A stretch of 64,000 nt of DNA from a virus. The stretch lies in IMG/VR virus record IMGVR_UViG_3300032291_002856, positions 4,079-68,078 of that record. The stretch is one strand, 5' to 3'. Positions 7,877 to 16,738 of this stretch are shown in pieces. The notes below the pieces were generated by a model. It was not told where the DNA came from. It searched no databases and worked only from the letters and a program-made list of their open reading frames with translations. Made by a program: the position numbers and the translations under genes. Numbering within the stretch: the stretch's first letter is position 1; the number at the start of each line of letters is the position of its first letter.

Positions 7877-7883
7877 AGATAAA

Positions 7884-7924
7884 TACCAGCGGAGCTCTAT
7901 TACCCCGCTGATATCTATTATACA
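7884..7924 (-). promoter_or_regulatory. putative -10 promoter box and leader hairpin of the tRNA operon
   Basis: TATAAT on the - strand at 7917-7922, followed by an imperfect CAGCGG...CCGCTG hairpin before tRNA-Ile2. Confidence 0.5.
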
Positions 7925-7929
7925 ATAAT

Positions 7930-8487
7930 TTAATCCCAACGGTCCCAAGGCGTACGAAGATAGTTATAGTATCCCAGGTAATCGTCCAGTTTTAAAAGAC
8001 CCCCGTATATGTAAGCCTGCTCAGCCATGATACCGTCTGCCACGTAGTCAAGCGTATAGCGCAAATATTTCATTACCTTACCGCGAACCATGTAACAAGA
8101 AGTATCGATGTTGCCGACACACGGATACGCGGTGGGCTCAAGTCGTACACTGTTGTTTCTCCACACTTGCCCCCACGTAATCATATTCAAGTGGCCGTAA
8201 TTTAAGTCCTTGACCGTATCATACCATCGAGGATGAATAATATTGTCGTCATCTAAGATGTAAATCCAGTCTTCATCGTTAAATTCAATTGAGTCAAGTG
8301 CGTAATTCCGATTAGGATTACCAGCAAAACCTGTGTACGGAGAGTGCAACACAACAGCGTTTTCAACTTCTGGCTTGTCCTGCACAGACTGGTCGTATAC
8401 AACTACCCAACGGCACTCTTTTGGAATAGACGCGCCGATTTCTGCTAAGTTTTCCGGGCGAGTGCAGGGTGTAATAATGTAGATCAT
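7930..8487 (-). CDS. glycosyltransferase, GT-A fold (GT2/GT43-like)
   Basis: IYIITPCTRPENL, NRNYALD and WIYILDDDN (DxD). Confidence 0.8.
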   Translation of the reverse strand: MIYIITPCTRPENLAEIGASIPKECRWVVVYDQSVQDKPEVENAVVLHSPYTGFAGNPNRNYALDSIEFNDEDWIYILDDDNIIHPRWYDTVKDLNYGHLNMITWGQVWRNNSVRLEPTAYPCVGNIDTSCYMVRGKVMKYLRYTLDYVADGIMAEQAYIYGGLLKLDDYLGYYNYLRTPWDRWD

Positions 8488-8500
8488 AAATTTTTCCTTC

Positions 8501-9304
8501 TTACTCAGCTAAATTTTTCATAAACTCTGAATTACATCTGTTAATTTGGTGCAAAATAACGTACAGCTCTCCAGAGTCATTTAGTATTTTATTATCTTGA
8601 ACGTTTAGATCGTCAAAAGAAACACTATCCAATGTCAGTATTTGAGAACTTTTGTATGGTAGGATTTTTGTAGAACCTGCGTGTGTGTGGTTATAAATGT
8701 AAATATTGTACAAGCCTTGGTCCGGAACGTTTCTAAAACCTGGCTTATTCTCCCGCGCGTCGGCGTAGAATTTTAAGTACTTCACGATACCGGCATACTT
8801 ACCTAGAGTCGTACCTGCACACACTACTGGCTGATTTTCAAAATTCTCAATGTTGTAATCAGCCGCGGCAGACGCCTGTTCAATCCAATGCCTGTTTAAA
8901 CCTGAACTACTATTGCTTCTGTCCGAGAGTATGTTTCGTTCCGCGGCACAGTACAGCTGCTCTTTAAACTCTATAGAAAACGGATCACCCTGGAAAACAA
9001 CGTCGTCTAGATCACTAAACATTATCTTATCGACGTCTTCAGCAGACCATTTAGACAGTATGTCGTAGTAAATTTCAAAACGATTTAACATCAACTCGTA
9101 CTTAAAGACAAAGTCACTGTAAATTTGAAAGTTGTATTCAGCGCACAGATCCTCCAGCTCCTTAAATATTTTACCCCTCTCGCACAATATAATTACTTTG
9201 CAATCCTGATTGTACTTTCTTAAGCTCTTTGCAAAATAGTATATCCCACCCTTGTCAGTTTTTAAACTGTTGTACCCACTATAAACACCAAAGATGACGT
9301 TCAT
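8501..9304 (-). CDS. putative nucleotide-diphospho-sugar transferase (GT-A fold)
   Basis: RFEIY, MFSDLDDVVFQGDPF, CAGTTLG, DQGLYN and ILHQINR. Confidence 0.7.
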   Translation of the reverse strand: MNVIFGVYSGYNSLKTDKGGIYYFAKSLRKYNQDCKVIILCERGKIFKELEDLCAEYNFQIYSDFVFKYELMLNRFEIYYDILSKWSAEDVDKIMFSDLDDVVFQGDPFSIEFKEQLYCAAERNILSDRSNSSSGLNRHWIEQASAAADYNIENFENQPVVCAGTTLGKYAGIVKYLKFYADARENKPGFRNVPDQGLYNIYIYNHTHAGSTKILPYKSSQILTLDSVSFDDLNVQDNKILNDSGELYVILHQINRCNSEFMKNLAE

Positions 9305-9366
9305 GCTGCTACCGCCTTTTACATTTTTAAATATGCCAAGATTTTATTTTTCCACCGAGTAGTGGT

Positions 9367-9442
9367 TGGTACCGGCGGAGGGAATCGAACCCCCGACAAC
9401 CTGCTTAGAAGGCAGATGCTCTATCCGCTGAGCTACGCCGGC
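9367..9442 (-). tRNA. tRNA-Arg(TCT)
   Basis: GCCGGCG acceptor, TCTGC-CTTCTAA-GCAGG, GGTTCGATTCC T-arm and encoded CCA. Confidence 0.95.
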
Positions 9443-9450
9443 ATAGTAAC

Positions 9451-9486
9451 AGTACCAACGACTTTCATCGTTGGTACTATTATACA
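9451..9486 (-). promoter_or_regulatory. putative -10 promoter box and perfect leader hairpin upstream of tRNA-Arg
   Basis: TATAAT on the - strand at 9479-9484. An 11-bp perfect stem AGTACCAACGA/TCGTTGGTACT spans 9451-9478. Confidence 0.55.
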
Positions 9487-9490
9487 TTAC

Positions 9491-9757
9491 CTATTCGGGA
9501 GTCTCAGTTGTTTCTTCAGCCTTCTTGTCAGCTATCAATTCTTCTAGCGTTTCAATCGGACTCAGAGCGTACACCATATTAAAAACGCCTGCTTCGCAAT
9601 CAGGGCAGAAAGATACAGGAAGGATACCAATCCATCCCATAACACCCCATTCTTCCTCGTCGTAGGAAGTACCGCAAATCGAACAGCCTTTACCCATAGG
9701 GTGCAATGGATCTTTTTCCGGATTGTACTCCGGGTTGTTTGTAATATTCTCAGTCAT
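9491..9757 (-). CDS. small zinc-ribbon protein
   Basis: CSIC...CPDC. Confidence 0.6.
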   Translation of the reverse strand: MTENITNNPEYNPEKDPLHPMGKGCSICGTSYDEEEWGVMGWIGILPVSFCPDCEAGVFNMVYALSPIETLEELIADKKAEETTETPE

Positions 9758-9758
9758 G

Positions 9759-10202
9759 TTACTTACCCCACTTTCCTCGTCGTAAAATAATCATAATAAT
9801 TGCGTAGCTAGCCAGGTCCATGAGAGTATCGTCTACTGACTCATTCTTTGGTTCCTTGGGCTGCGACCATTTACCAGTACCAATGTCCCACCCCATCAGA
9901 TTCATAAGGCGAGCTGTCTTATCCCACAGGCGAACAGCTACTCCTTGCTCGCCAGCTCCTTTAATGTTCCATGATGAGTAGTCGGCTGTCTTCTTCTTGT
10001 GCATCTCGAGTAAGCTATCTAAGATGGCTTGAAACTCCTTGGTCTGCTCCGGAATAAGGTGCTCGTTCTTGGGCATATAGCCGGTAGACTTAAGAAGCGG
10101 AACGAAGTCCTCGCTGCTAAACTTGTCACTAAGGCCGTTCTGTGCTTTTTCAAGGGTTTTACGAGCCTCATAAACTTTACTCAACAAATCAGGATCATGC
10201 AT
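9759..10202 (-). CDS. DUF1599 / nucleotide modification associated domain 1 (Nmad1) protein
   Basis: KKTADY, GVAVRLWDKTARLMNL and ESVDDTLMDLASYAII. Confidence 0.8.
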   Translation of the reverse strand: MHDPDLLSKVYEARKTLEKAQNGLSDKFSSEDFVPLLKSTGYMPKNEHLIPEQTKEFQAILDSLLEMHKKKTADYSSWNIKGAGEQGVAVRLWDKTARLMNLMGWDIGTGKWSQPKEPKNESVDDTLMDLASYAIIMIILRRGKWGK

Positions 10203-10881
10203 CTTTATTCTCCAATAATGAAATTTCTTGCAGCGCTACAAACTCCTGCTGAACCAGGCTCCACGCTTGCTGAGCAATCACGCGATGCTCTTCTTGCGTA
10301 TCTAACTTACAGCGAACGGCACAGTAATGAAGCCAAGAACGAAGTGTACCGTTAACGTACATGCGAGAATTAATCAAGCCCTCGGGGAGTATGCTGCGGG
10401 CCACTTCTTTGGCTACGCCGTTCTGTATCGCCCAGTTATAAGTACGTGCCACTTCAGCCTGAAGGGCCATTTGCTTTGCTTCCCAGGCGTCATGTAAATC
10501 CTGATCGTCGGTATGCAGACTGCTTTGACGATTTTTAGTGTCTTGCAAACGCAGATCTCGAGTGATCATGCCTAAATCATCTAAGGGATTTGCGTACCGT
10601 TGACTGAATTCTTGAAAAGAAAAACTACGATGACGCAAAATCTGCCGAGCGACGTCACGAGTTGTGTTAATCTCCATTACCACATTAACCATTTCAAACG
10701 GAGACCAGTGACTGTGCTTGACGAGATAGCGCAAAAGCTTAGCTGCTGTTGCGTGGTTTTCTTGATTCGACGGGTTAGACACTCGAGCGGTGTAGGCTAA
10801 GAACTCAGCTACTGTAAGGTCGATAAGCTTACCAGTTGGCTTTGTAATCGCAATCATCTCTACTGATCCGCGCACTGACAT
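10195..10881 (-). CDS. thyX: FAD-dependent thymidylate synthase
   Basis: HWSPFEM, the ThyX motif RHRSFSFQEFSQRY, EVARSILP and TQEEHR. Confidence 0.95.
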   Translation of the reverse strand: MSVRGSVEMIAITKPTGKLIDLTVAEFLAYTARVSNPSNQENHATAAKLLRYLVKHSHWSPFEMVNVVMEINTTRDVARQILRHRSFSFQEFSQRYANPLDDLGMITRDLRLQDTKNRQSSLHTDDQDLHDAWEAKQMALQAEVARTYNWAIQNGVAKEVARSILPEGLINSRMYVNGTLRSWLHYCAVRCKLDTQEEHRVIAQQAWSLVQQEFVALQEISLLENKDA

Positions 10882-11093
10882 TACTTGCCTCCTAAAAACA
10901 ACATAGGGTCTACATCAAAGAACTGCGAAAGCTTAATAGCCTCTACTACTGTAGGCTTGCGATTGCCGTCTAACACTGTCTTAAGTGTGTCGACAGTAAC
11001 GTCCATAAAATCCGCTAGCTCCTCTACAGTAGCCTCCGACAACTTAAGCTCTTGCTTAATCAGCGTGTGTACGGTACTCATTGACTCTATCAC
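10881..11093 (-). CDS. XRE/Cro-like helix-turn-helix protein
   Basis: TVEELADFMDVTVDTLKTVLDGNRKPT...KLSQFFDV. Confidence 0.8.
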   Translation of the reverse strand: MIESMSTVHTLIKQELKLSEATVEELADFMDVTVDTLKTVLDGNRKPTVVEAIKLSQFFDVDPMLFLGGK

Positions 11094-12124
11094 CGTCCTC
11101 TCAAATAAGTTAAATACTCGCAGGCCAGCTTCAAGTCTGAATTATACCACAATCTGCCGTCCGGTAGGAAAATAATCGCTCCGCAACCGGTACTAGCAGT
11201 CTCCGCGTAGCCAATTTCTTTTGAGAACGCGTCAATTTTTTTATAGGCGCCCGTTAAAACCGCTAACCGTTCCTTGCCGTGCTTAATAAAAGGACGTAAC
11301 AGCGTTCCAATGTGAGTGTGTCCGCCAACGCCGATATCAAAAGGAGCGGTCAATCGATCAAACCCTACCTCAATGCCGTGAGTCGGATTAAAAATACTAC
11401 TATGCTTCCATTTGTGGCGAACAAGAGTTTCCCAATGCGCGCTGCCGCAAGTAATAGTTACCTGTGCCTCAAAGGGATCATAGATCACATGAGTCTGACC
11501 AAGCAAGGATGGTATGATGTCGATGCCAGAAAGCTTTGTGGTCCAGTTGTCGTGGTTACCACTAACCACAAGCAAAAGCTTTTCGTGAATAAGCTCAAGC
11601 CATCTACGAAACATAGCAATCTCAGCATGAAAGCTGACTGCTTGGTTGCGCTGAAGCCCTTGTAGTTTTGAAACAATCCAATTGTCGATACCATCTCCAT
11701 GAAATGCTGCGTACATTCCAGGCGTATCGCGAATAAGCAACGTGTCTTTCAAAATAGCTGAGTAGTCAGTGCCTATATTGCCTATGTGCAAGTCCGATAA
11801 AAAAGCAATACCGGTTGGCTTCGACTCTAGATGTATGTACTGTTTTTTTCGATGGTCCGCTGTCTGCCTGTAGTCGCTGTGAGCCGCAGCGGCAGCTTCC
11901 CACATCTTATCTGCTTGAGCAGGGTCATACTTGTTTGGGTCGACAGCCCTGATTATCGGAAACTCTACGTCTGCTTCGTCAGACGCAAAGCCCGCAAGAT
12001 GTTCCTGAAGAGCCGTAATTGCTTCCTGTTCCGTTGCAAATCGGCCACCGTGAATCATCTTCTTTTGAACGCTATCCCACCATCGTATACCGTATCGGCC
12101 GTTGCTAAAGTAAATTCCCTTCAT
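11090..12124 (-). CDS. calcineurin-like metallophosphoesterase with an N-terminal AP2-like domain
   Basis: SDLHIG, HGDGID, SGNHD, RHK and GGHTH. N-terminus KGIYF...RYGIRW...GGRFATEQEAI. Confidence 0.8.
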   Translation of the reverse strand: MKGIYFSNGRYGIRWWDSVQKKMIHGGRFATEQEAITALQEHLAGFASDEADVEFPIIRAVDPNKYDPAQADKMWEAAAAAHSDYRQTADHRKKQYIHLESKPTGIAFLSDLHIGNIGTDYSAILKDTLLIRDTPGMYAAFHGDGIDNWIVSKLQGLQRNQAVSFHAEIAMFRRWLELIHEKLLLVVSGNHDNWTTKLSGIDIIPSLLGQTHVIYDPFEAQVTITCGSAHWETLVRHKWKHSSIFNPTHGIEVGFDRLTAPFDIGVGGHTHIGTLLRPFIKHGKERLAVLTGAYKKIDAFSKEIGYAETASTGCGAIIFLPDGRLWYNSDLKLACEYLTYLRGR

Positions 12125-12132
12125 GATTCCTC

Positions 12133-12561
12133 CTAGTTGAGCTCTAGGTCCTTTTCAGGTAGTTCTGTAAAGGTGTCATAGTATGCTCCAAATACATTCT
12201 GAGCTGCTTGCTGTAGCTGCGGAGGTATACTCTTTAGCACGCTTTTGTCATGCACCTCAAGCTTTCTTCCAAGAAGCTCGAAAGAAAACTTGAGGATATC
12301 CTTAGTAACTCCAATATGCAAATCTCTGCGAGTCGCTATTTCAAATATTGAATAACCCTCGCACCAGTCTTGAAGTATCTTTAACGATTGAGGATGGTTG
12401 TCTAAAAGAAAATGGCTATTTGCTTTGACAACCACCTCAATGTTAATTCGATCCTCGTCTGCTAATTTATTAGAAAACCAGTCTCTAAACATCTCCCGTA
12501 AAAGTAAACGACTCTTCATTGGCTTCCTCAGGCCAGCAAATATCTCGATGCGCGCAGACAC
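12133..12561 (-). CDS. hypothetical protein, possible sigma region-4-like HTH
   Basis: EGYSIFEIATRRDLHIGVTKDIL resembles a C-terminal HTH. The start may be MKSR at 12519. Confidence 0.45.
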   Translation of the reverse strand: MSARIEIFAGLRKPMKSRLLLREMFRDWFSNKLADEDRINIEVVVKANSHFLLDNHPQSLKILQDWCEGYSIFEIATRRDLHIGVTKDILKFSFELLGRKLEVHDKSVLKSIPPQLQQAAQNVFGAYYDTFTELPEKDLELN

Positions 12562-13246
12562 GGTCGCAAAAATAGCTTCGTTCTATTTTAGAGTACGCAG
12601 TGTCGTTGAGTATCGACGTCAGCATGGCTTCTAGATTTTTTATTTTCTCATCGTAATTCTCCATGACTCTTGCTTCTAAAAGTTCAGAAGTACGCAAGTG
12701 GTGCCAGTAAACAGCTTTAGGTTTTTTACCAAACAGCTGCTCGTAAGCCCACACGTAGATCAGTAGCTGCGGATTGACTGCTAGCTCCGCATGCGTAGGC
12801 TTTTTCGACGTGCTCTTGTGGTCAACAATTTTCTCGTCAACTGTGATCATGTCGATAAAGCCACGCATAAGAACTAACGGATTTTCTGAAGGAAAGGGCA
12901 GCTTAAATCCATACTCGATATGAGATGGAGAGAATTTTTCCCAGTCCATGTCGCGCACAATTTCACGGCCAAGTTGCGAAGCCTTCCCAATAAGATGAGT
13001 TGCAACTAGTCCATTCTCGCTGTTGACTGCTGAGGCAATAGCCTCATTGTAGTAACGCGAGAATACCTGCACAGGTGCATCCTTGCCGTCGCCATAGTAA
13101 TGTTCGATTGCATGGTGCAGTGCAGAACCCATAACCGTATAGACATGACGATTACTAGTCAGTCCGTCTATGTACTGTAGCTTGTACAGCTGAGCACATG
13201 TCTTGTAAAGATTGAAACGAGAAGCACTAAACTCAGGTAGGGTCAT
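12485..13246 (-). CDS. PD-(D/E)xK (RecB/Cas4-like) exonuclease
   Basis: FSASRFNLYKTC, GSALH, IEYGF, RGFIDMI, IVDHKS, QLLIY and C-terminal CxxxCxxxxxC. ORF track start is 13270; the likely start is 13246. Confidence 0.85.
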   Translation of the reverse strand: MTLPEFSASRFNLYKTCAQLYKLQYIDGLTSNRHVYTVMGSALHHAIEHYYGDGKDAPVQVFSRYYNEAIASAVNSENGLVATHLIGKASQLGREIVRDMDWEKFSPSHIEYGFKLPFPSENPLVLMRGFIDMITVDEKIVDHKSTSKKPTHAELAVNPQLLIYVWAYEQLFGKKPKAVYWHHLRTSELLEARVMENYDEKIKNLEAMLTSILNDTAYSKIERSYFCDRVCAHRDICWPEEANEESFTFTGDV

Positions 13247-13589
13247 TAGCTTGTCCAATCGGCGAATCAAATCGCATTTTTATTGTGTACGCCGAACTTG
13301 CAAACATTGACTTAGCATACTCAAGAGACTTAACGTACGCCTCGTGCTCAGCAAACTGAGCTTTTAGCTCAGCAAGCTCGTCAAGCAGCGCGGATGTTTC
13401 TGAAATCTTACGAGATCTTGCTACATTGCTGCGAGGCTTGTCCTCTTCAACAGCGATTTGCTGCTCGATACGCTCGATGTCCCGCTCTTTGAGAATAATC
13501 AACTGCTTGAGTCTCCCAAAACCTTTGTAAGCTTGCGTGACTTCGTAGTAATCTGGGCAATTTTGTACCCAAGTCTCAAGATCTCCCAT
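13233..13589 (-). CDS. hypothetical coiled-coil protein (UvsY-like position next to the recombinase)
   Basis: 118-aa helical ORF between RecA and the nuclease. Confidence 0.55.
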   Translation of the reverse strand: MGDLETWVQNCPDYYEVTQAYKGFGRLKQLIILKERDIERIEQQIAVEEDKPRSNVARSRKISETSALLDELAELKAQFAEHEAYVKSLEYAKSMFASSAYTIKMRFDSPIGQANDPT

Positions 13590-14541
13590 CTAAGTCCTCC
13601 CTAATACGCTCGTCGACTTCCAATGCTATCTGCTTCATGTCGTAGATAAGGACGCAGTTATCCATTCCCTGCGCTTTTTGCCCCTTGTACTCATACCAAG
13701 CACCAGCTTTCTGAATTATATCATACTCTAATGCCAGCGACAATACATCGTACTCAGGTCCAAGACCCTTACCGTTGAGCATCACGTATTCGCATTTTTG
13801 ATTACCGCCGCCCTGTTTATTCTTAGCTACCGTCACTTGTATGTACAGCTTGTCTTCGTCAGTTCGTATCTTAGCAAGCTCGAGAGTAATCCGGCTGAAA
13901 TATCGCAAAGCGTACGGCCCGTAAGGTTTCTTTTCGCTTCTGGCCATAGTCGATATGTTTGCGCGGTACTGATTAATAAATATAAACAGAGCGTTAGCGT
14001 TATCAACTAAGCCAAGCAGCCGCAATATCCATCGAGACAGTAGATTAGCAGAGCCTGCCATGCGTGCCGGGTCATCGATTTCTTTATCAAATTCGTCTTT
14101 GGTTATGAGAGCAGGAACGCTATCAAAGACTACTACTTGAATACCTTTTTCCAGCAGATGCTCGATTACAGGCAAGCCTTGCTCCGCATAGTCAGGACGA
14201 TATACAAGCACCTTGTCGAGGTTGACACCAATCTTACCGGCGTAGACAGAATCAAATGTCCGTTCAAGATCGACAAACAACGAGTTTACTGTTCGTTCAA
14301 CTTTACCGAGTTGGATAGATACTTCTTTTATTCCTTGGCGCTGGGCTTGAGCTATGTAGTCAAGAGCCAGTGTTGTCTTGCCGTGCCCCGGCTGAGCCAA
14401 GAGCTGCATGATTGTGCCACCGCGTACGCCCTCAGAATGTCCAAGGGCTCGGTTAAGTGACTTAATAGACGAGGGATAGAATTGATAAACCTGCGCGTCA
14501 CTGCCTACAAGCATGCCGTCCAGGTTAAGCTTCTTACTCAT
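13576..14541 (-). CDS. recA: RecA/UvsX-like recombinase
   Basis: SSIKSLNRALG, Walker A QPGHGKTT, FVDLERTFD, VVFDSVPAL, FINQYR and KAGAWYEY. The likely start is MSKK at 14541. Confidence 0.9.
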   Translation of the reverse strand: MSKKLNLDGMLVGSDAQVYQFYPSSIKSLNRALGHSEGVRGGTIMQLLAQPGHGKTTLALDYIAQAQRQGIKEVSIQLGKVERTVNSLFVDLERTFDSVYAGKIGVNLDKVLVYRPDYAEQGLPVIEHLLEKGIQVVVFDSVPALITKDEFDKEIDDPARMAGSANLLSRWILRLLGLVDNANALFIFINQYRANISTMARSEKKPYGPYALRYFSRITLELAKIRTDEDKLYIQVTVAKNKQGGGNQKCEYVMLNGKGLGPEYDVLSLALEYDIIQKAGAWYEYKGQKAQGMDNCVLIYDMKQIALEVDERIREDLDGRS

Positions 14542-14782
14542 TTGCTGCTGCCTTTTCGATAAGGGGAACAAAAAACTCAGGAGACTTCATTAGCGTAGCC
14601 AAAGCAAGTGATGCTTTTTGATACGCTGCCAGCGGACTCATACCGTAGAACAATTCGTTCTGATCCGGGATGTCCTCGCAATCAGATGTTTGTACTATGT
14701 GAGCTACCCATTTGTGGTGCTCTTCCGGATCCGGTTCCAAGTTCTTAAAAACAAAAATCTCCATCTCAATTGTAAACGGCAT
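14534..14782 (-). CDS. hypothetical protein
   Basis: 82-aa ORF with an AAGGAG RBS. Confidence 0.55.
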   Translation of the reverse strand: MPFTIEMEIFVFKNLEPDPEEHHKWVAHIVQTSDCEDIPDQNELFYGMSPLAAYQKASLALATLMKSPEFFVPLIEKAAANE

Positions 14783-14791
14783 ACATTCTCC

Positions 14792-16738
14792 TTACTTGTC
14801 GTACTTCATTGATATAGCGGGGTCAACTTTAACGGTCAGCCCCAGGTTGGGAAGAACCTCGCGAGCGGATTCCTCCATTGCTTCCTTTAGTATCATACGC
14901 GCAGTTTCGGAATAGTCAAGTGTGCTTTCGACAATGATTTCGTCGTGCACTGTCGAAACAATAACGGCTTTCTTCATGTCAAGCCTATCAAAGGTCTTAA
15001 CTAGCGCGAGCTTAACCATCGTAGCCGACAGCGCTTGAATAGGGAAGTTGGCCGCTTCTCGTTCCGCAGCTTCTTTCTTCCACTTAATCGTGAAGTCTTC
15101 GGACTTCCAATAACGCTTTCTACCGTAGCTGTCGGCTACCCAACCATTAACAACTGCTGACCTTGAGCTTTTCTTCAACCATGCAGTTGCCTGAGGAAAC
15201 ATCTTTTTCCACTGGTCAATAATAGCCTCGCCCTGTGCCGAATTGTACTTAGCGCCGACAGGAGCGAGCTTAATAGTCATCTGTTTAGCTAGATTGTCAC
15301 CGCCTACGGAATAAGCAATCGAGTAGTTAACCATTTTAGCTGCCTCTCTCCATACTTTGTAAGGGTGTTCTTTTTTATTCTCGTTTGTAATGTCCTTTAC
15401 ATCGAGTACGTGCTTGGCTACGTATGTATGAAGGTCGTCCAGGTTAGCTATAAGCTGCTCGTCTCCACTAGCATCAGCAATGATCACCAACTCAATAGTC
15501 GAGTAGTCGGCGATAATAAGGCGGCGGCGGTCATTCGCAACCGCAAATGCATGGCGGATACTATCCTTTATTCCAAGGTCCTTCATCTTTTGATCAGACG
15601 GAAGATTCTGTAGATTAGGACGGGAGCTACTAAACCGACCGGTAGCCGCTCCTATTTGATTAAACGTGCAGTGAATGCGATGAGTAACTGGGTTCTCCAT
15701 TTCCTGCAATCCTTGAACGTACGTAGAGTACAGTTTGCGAGCGCCCACTAAGTAAGCATAAGAATTTAAACGATAGTTATCGTAGCGCCCATATGCTTTG
15801 ATAGAGTCGATCAAAGACTCATCAAAGTTACTAGTGTCGACTGCATGCTTGTGTGCCTGTTTTCTGTTCTTAAAATCCCATTCAGTAACTACGCGCGCAT
15901 TCAGACTCTCTAAGTCAACGTCTACTGAATTGAAGTACTTAAGCATCTGCTGATTCGAAGAAGTGTTGGCCGCCGAGTAGCCGTCACGAGAAAACACAAT
16001 CTCCTCGGCTGACCCAGATTCAATAATCAACCGCTGCAGCATTTTTTCCGAATTGTCGATAAGAGTCTCAAAAGTGGGCTCGAGTTTCTTCAAATGCTCT
16101 GCATTAAAGGGCATTCCAAAGTACTCCATCATTGCCACAACCTTCACCAAACGTGCCTCTAGTTTGTAAGGGTTCTGCATGTTCTCGCGCTTTACTTCGG
16201 CAATTTGCTGAGTAAATATACCTCGCAAGACAACGACATCTGCAACGGCATACTCAAGCTGCTCGCTGGTAATTTCTGAAAACGTGCCGTCAGTGAATTG
16301 GTCCCTGACTGTCTTATCAAGGTCAATGTCCAAACGCCGCTTGGCAATGCTCGCCAAGTCGTTACGAGTTCCAATCAGTCCGGCAGTTAACATAGCCTCT
16401 ACTACACGAGTATCGTGAATAGGGTCAACTATGAACTTACCGAAGTGATAAAACACCTTGATGTCAAAACTCGCATTCTGAAAAACTTTAACGATGCTTG
16501 CGTCAGTTAACAAAGTTGATAAACTTTTTACACTGTCGACAGGCAGCGCAGTGTAGTCGTAAACAAATACCTGCTCAAACGTAGCAATCTGAATCAACAG
16601 AAGCTTAGACTGCCGCGGGTCCAGACCGGTTGTCTCGGTGTCGACAAAAAGTCTACGAGGTAGACGATCAAGTTGTTCCGCAATCGTCTCTAGAGACCGC
16701 TCAAGCTCTTCCATAGTTCGCACATGCTTAATCGACAC
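14792..16738 (-). CDS. polA: family A DNA polymerase with 3'-5' exonuclease domain
   Basis: Exo I DTETTG, Exo III YAVADV, TGRFSSSRPNLQN, motif A DYSTIEL, motif B REAAKMVNY and motif C VHDEI. The likely start is GTG at 16738 after GGAGG (track 16777). Confidence 0.95.
   Translation of the reverse strand: MSIKHVRTMEELERSLETIAEQLDRLPRRLFVDTETTGLDPRQSKLLLIQIATFEQVFVYDYTALPVDSVKSLSTLLTDASIVKVFQNASFDIKVFYHFGKFIVDPIHDTRVVEAMLTAGLIGTRNDLASIAKRRLDIDLDKTVRDQFTDGTFSEITSEQLEYAVADVVVLRGIFTQQIAEVKRENMQNPYKLEARLVKVVAMMEYFGMPFNAEHLKKLEPTFETLIDNSEKMLQRLIIESGSAEEIVFSRDGYSAANTSSNQQMLKYFNSVDVDLESLNARVVTEWDFKNRKQAHKHAVDTSNFDESLIDSIKAYGRYDNYRLNSYAYLVGARKLYSTYVQGLQEMENPVTHRIHCTFNQIGAATGRFSSSRPNLQNLPSDQKMKDLGIKDSIRHAFAVANDRRRLIIADYSTIELVIIADASGDEQLIANLDDLHTYVAKHVLDVKDITNENKKEHPYKVWREAAKMVNYSIAYSVGGDNLAKQMTIKLAPVGAKYNSAQGEAIIDQWKKMFPQATAWLKKSSRSAVVNGWVADSYGRKRYWKSEDFTIKWKKEAAEREAANFPIQALSATMVKLALVKTFDRLDMKKAVIVSTVHDEIIVESTLDYSETARMILKEAMEESAREVLPNLGLTVKVDPAISMKYDK

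Noticed and set aside
9362-9547. 61-aa + strand ORF
   Set aside because: It is the antisense reading of tRNA-Arg.
10881-11093. XRE HTH protein as a lysogeny repressor
   Set aside because: It is embedded in a co-directional metabolic operon, with no divergent cro/cI arrangement, peptidase domain or integrase in the window.
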